From: Squalus acanthias
Lineage: Eukaryota
Reading direction: 5' to 3'
Assembly (NCBI GenBank): GCA_030390025.1
Contig: CM059432.1
Span: forward strand, 39,744,001 to 39,808,000
DNA: 64,000 bases
Below are positions 63,101 through 64,000 of this stretch, in pieces. Positions within the stretch are counted from its first letter, which is position 1; every line of letters begins with the position of its first letter. The position numbers and the translations under genes are program-made. The notes beneath the pieces are model-generated. The model saw only the letters and a list, made by a program, of their open reading frames with translations, made no database searches and was not told where the DNA came from.

Positions 63101-63369
63101 ATGTGATAATACATTACAACATCAAAGTGCCAATCAAAGGTTCTAATGTGCTATATAGTGAAGTACGTCCATGTTATATGTGTACATTTGGACACATGTA
63201 GAGACAGAATTTTGAGTTCCTTCTTACCATAACTTCAGAGGGTGTGTGCTTGTCGGATTGCAAATTAGGCCAAGACCTGGTTATGCCAGAATATCACCTA
63301 CTAAAAAAAGTTTCCTAGGTGACCTGCTGGGGGCAGAGCCTCTGCCAGCCCCATACAAGGCGATTAACA

Positions 63370-63647
63370 CAGCCAAAATCTCTGCGCTCCTCCAACTCTG
63401 GCCTCTTGTGTGTCCCCGATTTCCATCATCCCACTATTGCGGCCGTGCCTTCAGCTGCCTAGGCCCTAAGCTCAGGAATTCCGTCCCTAAATCTTTCCAC
63501 TTCTCTAGCTCTTTCTCCTACCTCTCACCCAGCCTAATATCTCTTTATATGACTCTGTGTCAAATTTTTTCTCATAATGCTCCTGTGAAGCGCCTTGGGA
63601 CGTTTTACTACATTAAAGGCGCCATGTAAATGCAAGTTGTTGTTGTT
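63370..63647 (+). mobile_element. L2-type LINE 3' end
   Basis: GRAFSCLGPKL(W/R)NS motif; tail tgtgaagcgccttgggacg..aaatgcaagttgttgttgtt. Confidence 0.7.
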
Positions 63648-64000
63648 AAAATTGGTACATTTAACACAATTTGAGCAAATCTGTGGGGGTTTTAATTGTT
63701 ACTAAATCAGGTTACAGACTGGTGGCAAAGTATGAAAATAAAACTGATGAGAATCAATTGGAGAGCCTAAAATACAACATTTAAAAAAAATCAATGCCTA
63801 GAAATCTAATCAGTTTGTGTTAATCACTTTTACACAAAATAATACTGGAAGGGCCAGCATGACAGACTCCTAAAATAAAATAGGCCCACATAAAATGACA
63901 TCTTACAGGACTATAAAGGAACTTAGCAATGCTATGGCAACAGCAAATGTAAGCCTGCAACGCTGTATCAGGTGGCACGATTCTGCAGCAGGACTGCTTA

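Larger units (their letters stand above)
50691..63118 (-). mobile_element. Decayed Ty3/Gypsy (Mag-like) LTR retrotransposon with multiple nested insertions
   Basis: TGTAAT...ATTACA ends, TSD ACATC; 3' LTR 50691-50824 with a PPT-like tract at 50825-50837; 5' LTR remnant ~60022-60082 + 63101-63118; domain order gag-PR-RT-RH-IN. Confidence 0.85.

Overview
Eukaryotic, repeat-saturated DNA. The repeat inventory (HER1-type CR1 LINEs, HE1-like and Deu-domain SINEs, Harbinger MITEs, Mag-like Gypsy) points to a cartilaginous fish (shark-like) genome; this is an inference from repeat recognition. I could not identify any host protein-coding exon, so the window looks intronic or intergenic. Main contents: (1) An apparently intact 4.2-kb autonomous PIF/Harbinger transposon (39458-43669) with perfect 16-bp TIRs, a TAT TSD, an open DDE transposase and an open 3-exon Myb/SANT-like gene that the ORF track fragments. 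(2) Several Harbinger relics and MITEs. (3) A 12.4-kb decayed Gypsy element (50691-63118, TSD ACATC) holding at least 8 nested insertions. (4) Three long solo LTRs (1.4-1.7 kb) sharing a splice-donor-like motif and an antisense B-box hairpin, plus two short solo LTRs. (5) Two ~100-bp Penelope-like termini carrying a hammerhead-ribozyme core. (6) Many CR1/L2 fragments and two local templated rearrangements (an inverted/direct patchwork duplication at 16.35-21.15 kb and a 203-bp inverted repeat at 49.05-49.68 kb). Boundaries defined by TSDs or TIRs are base-precise; the others are approximate.
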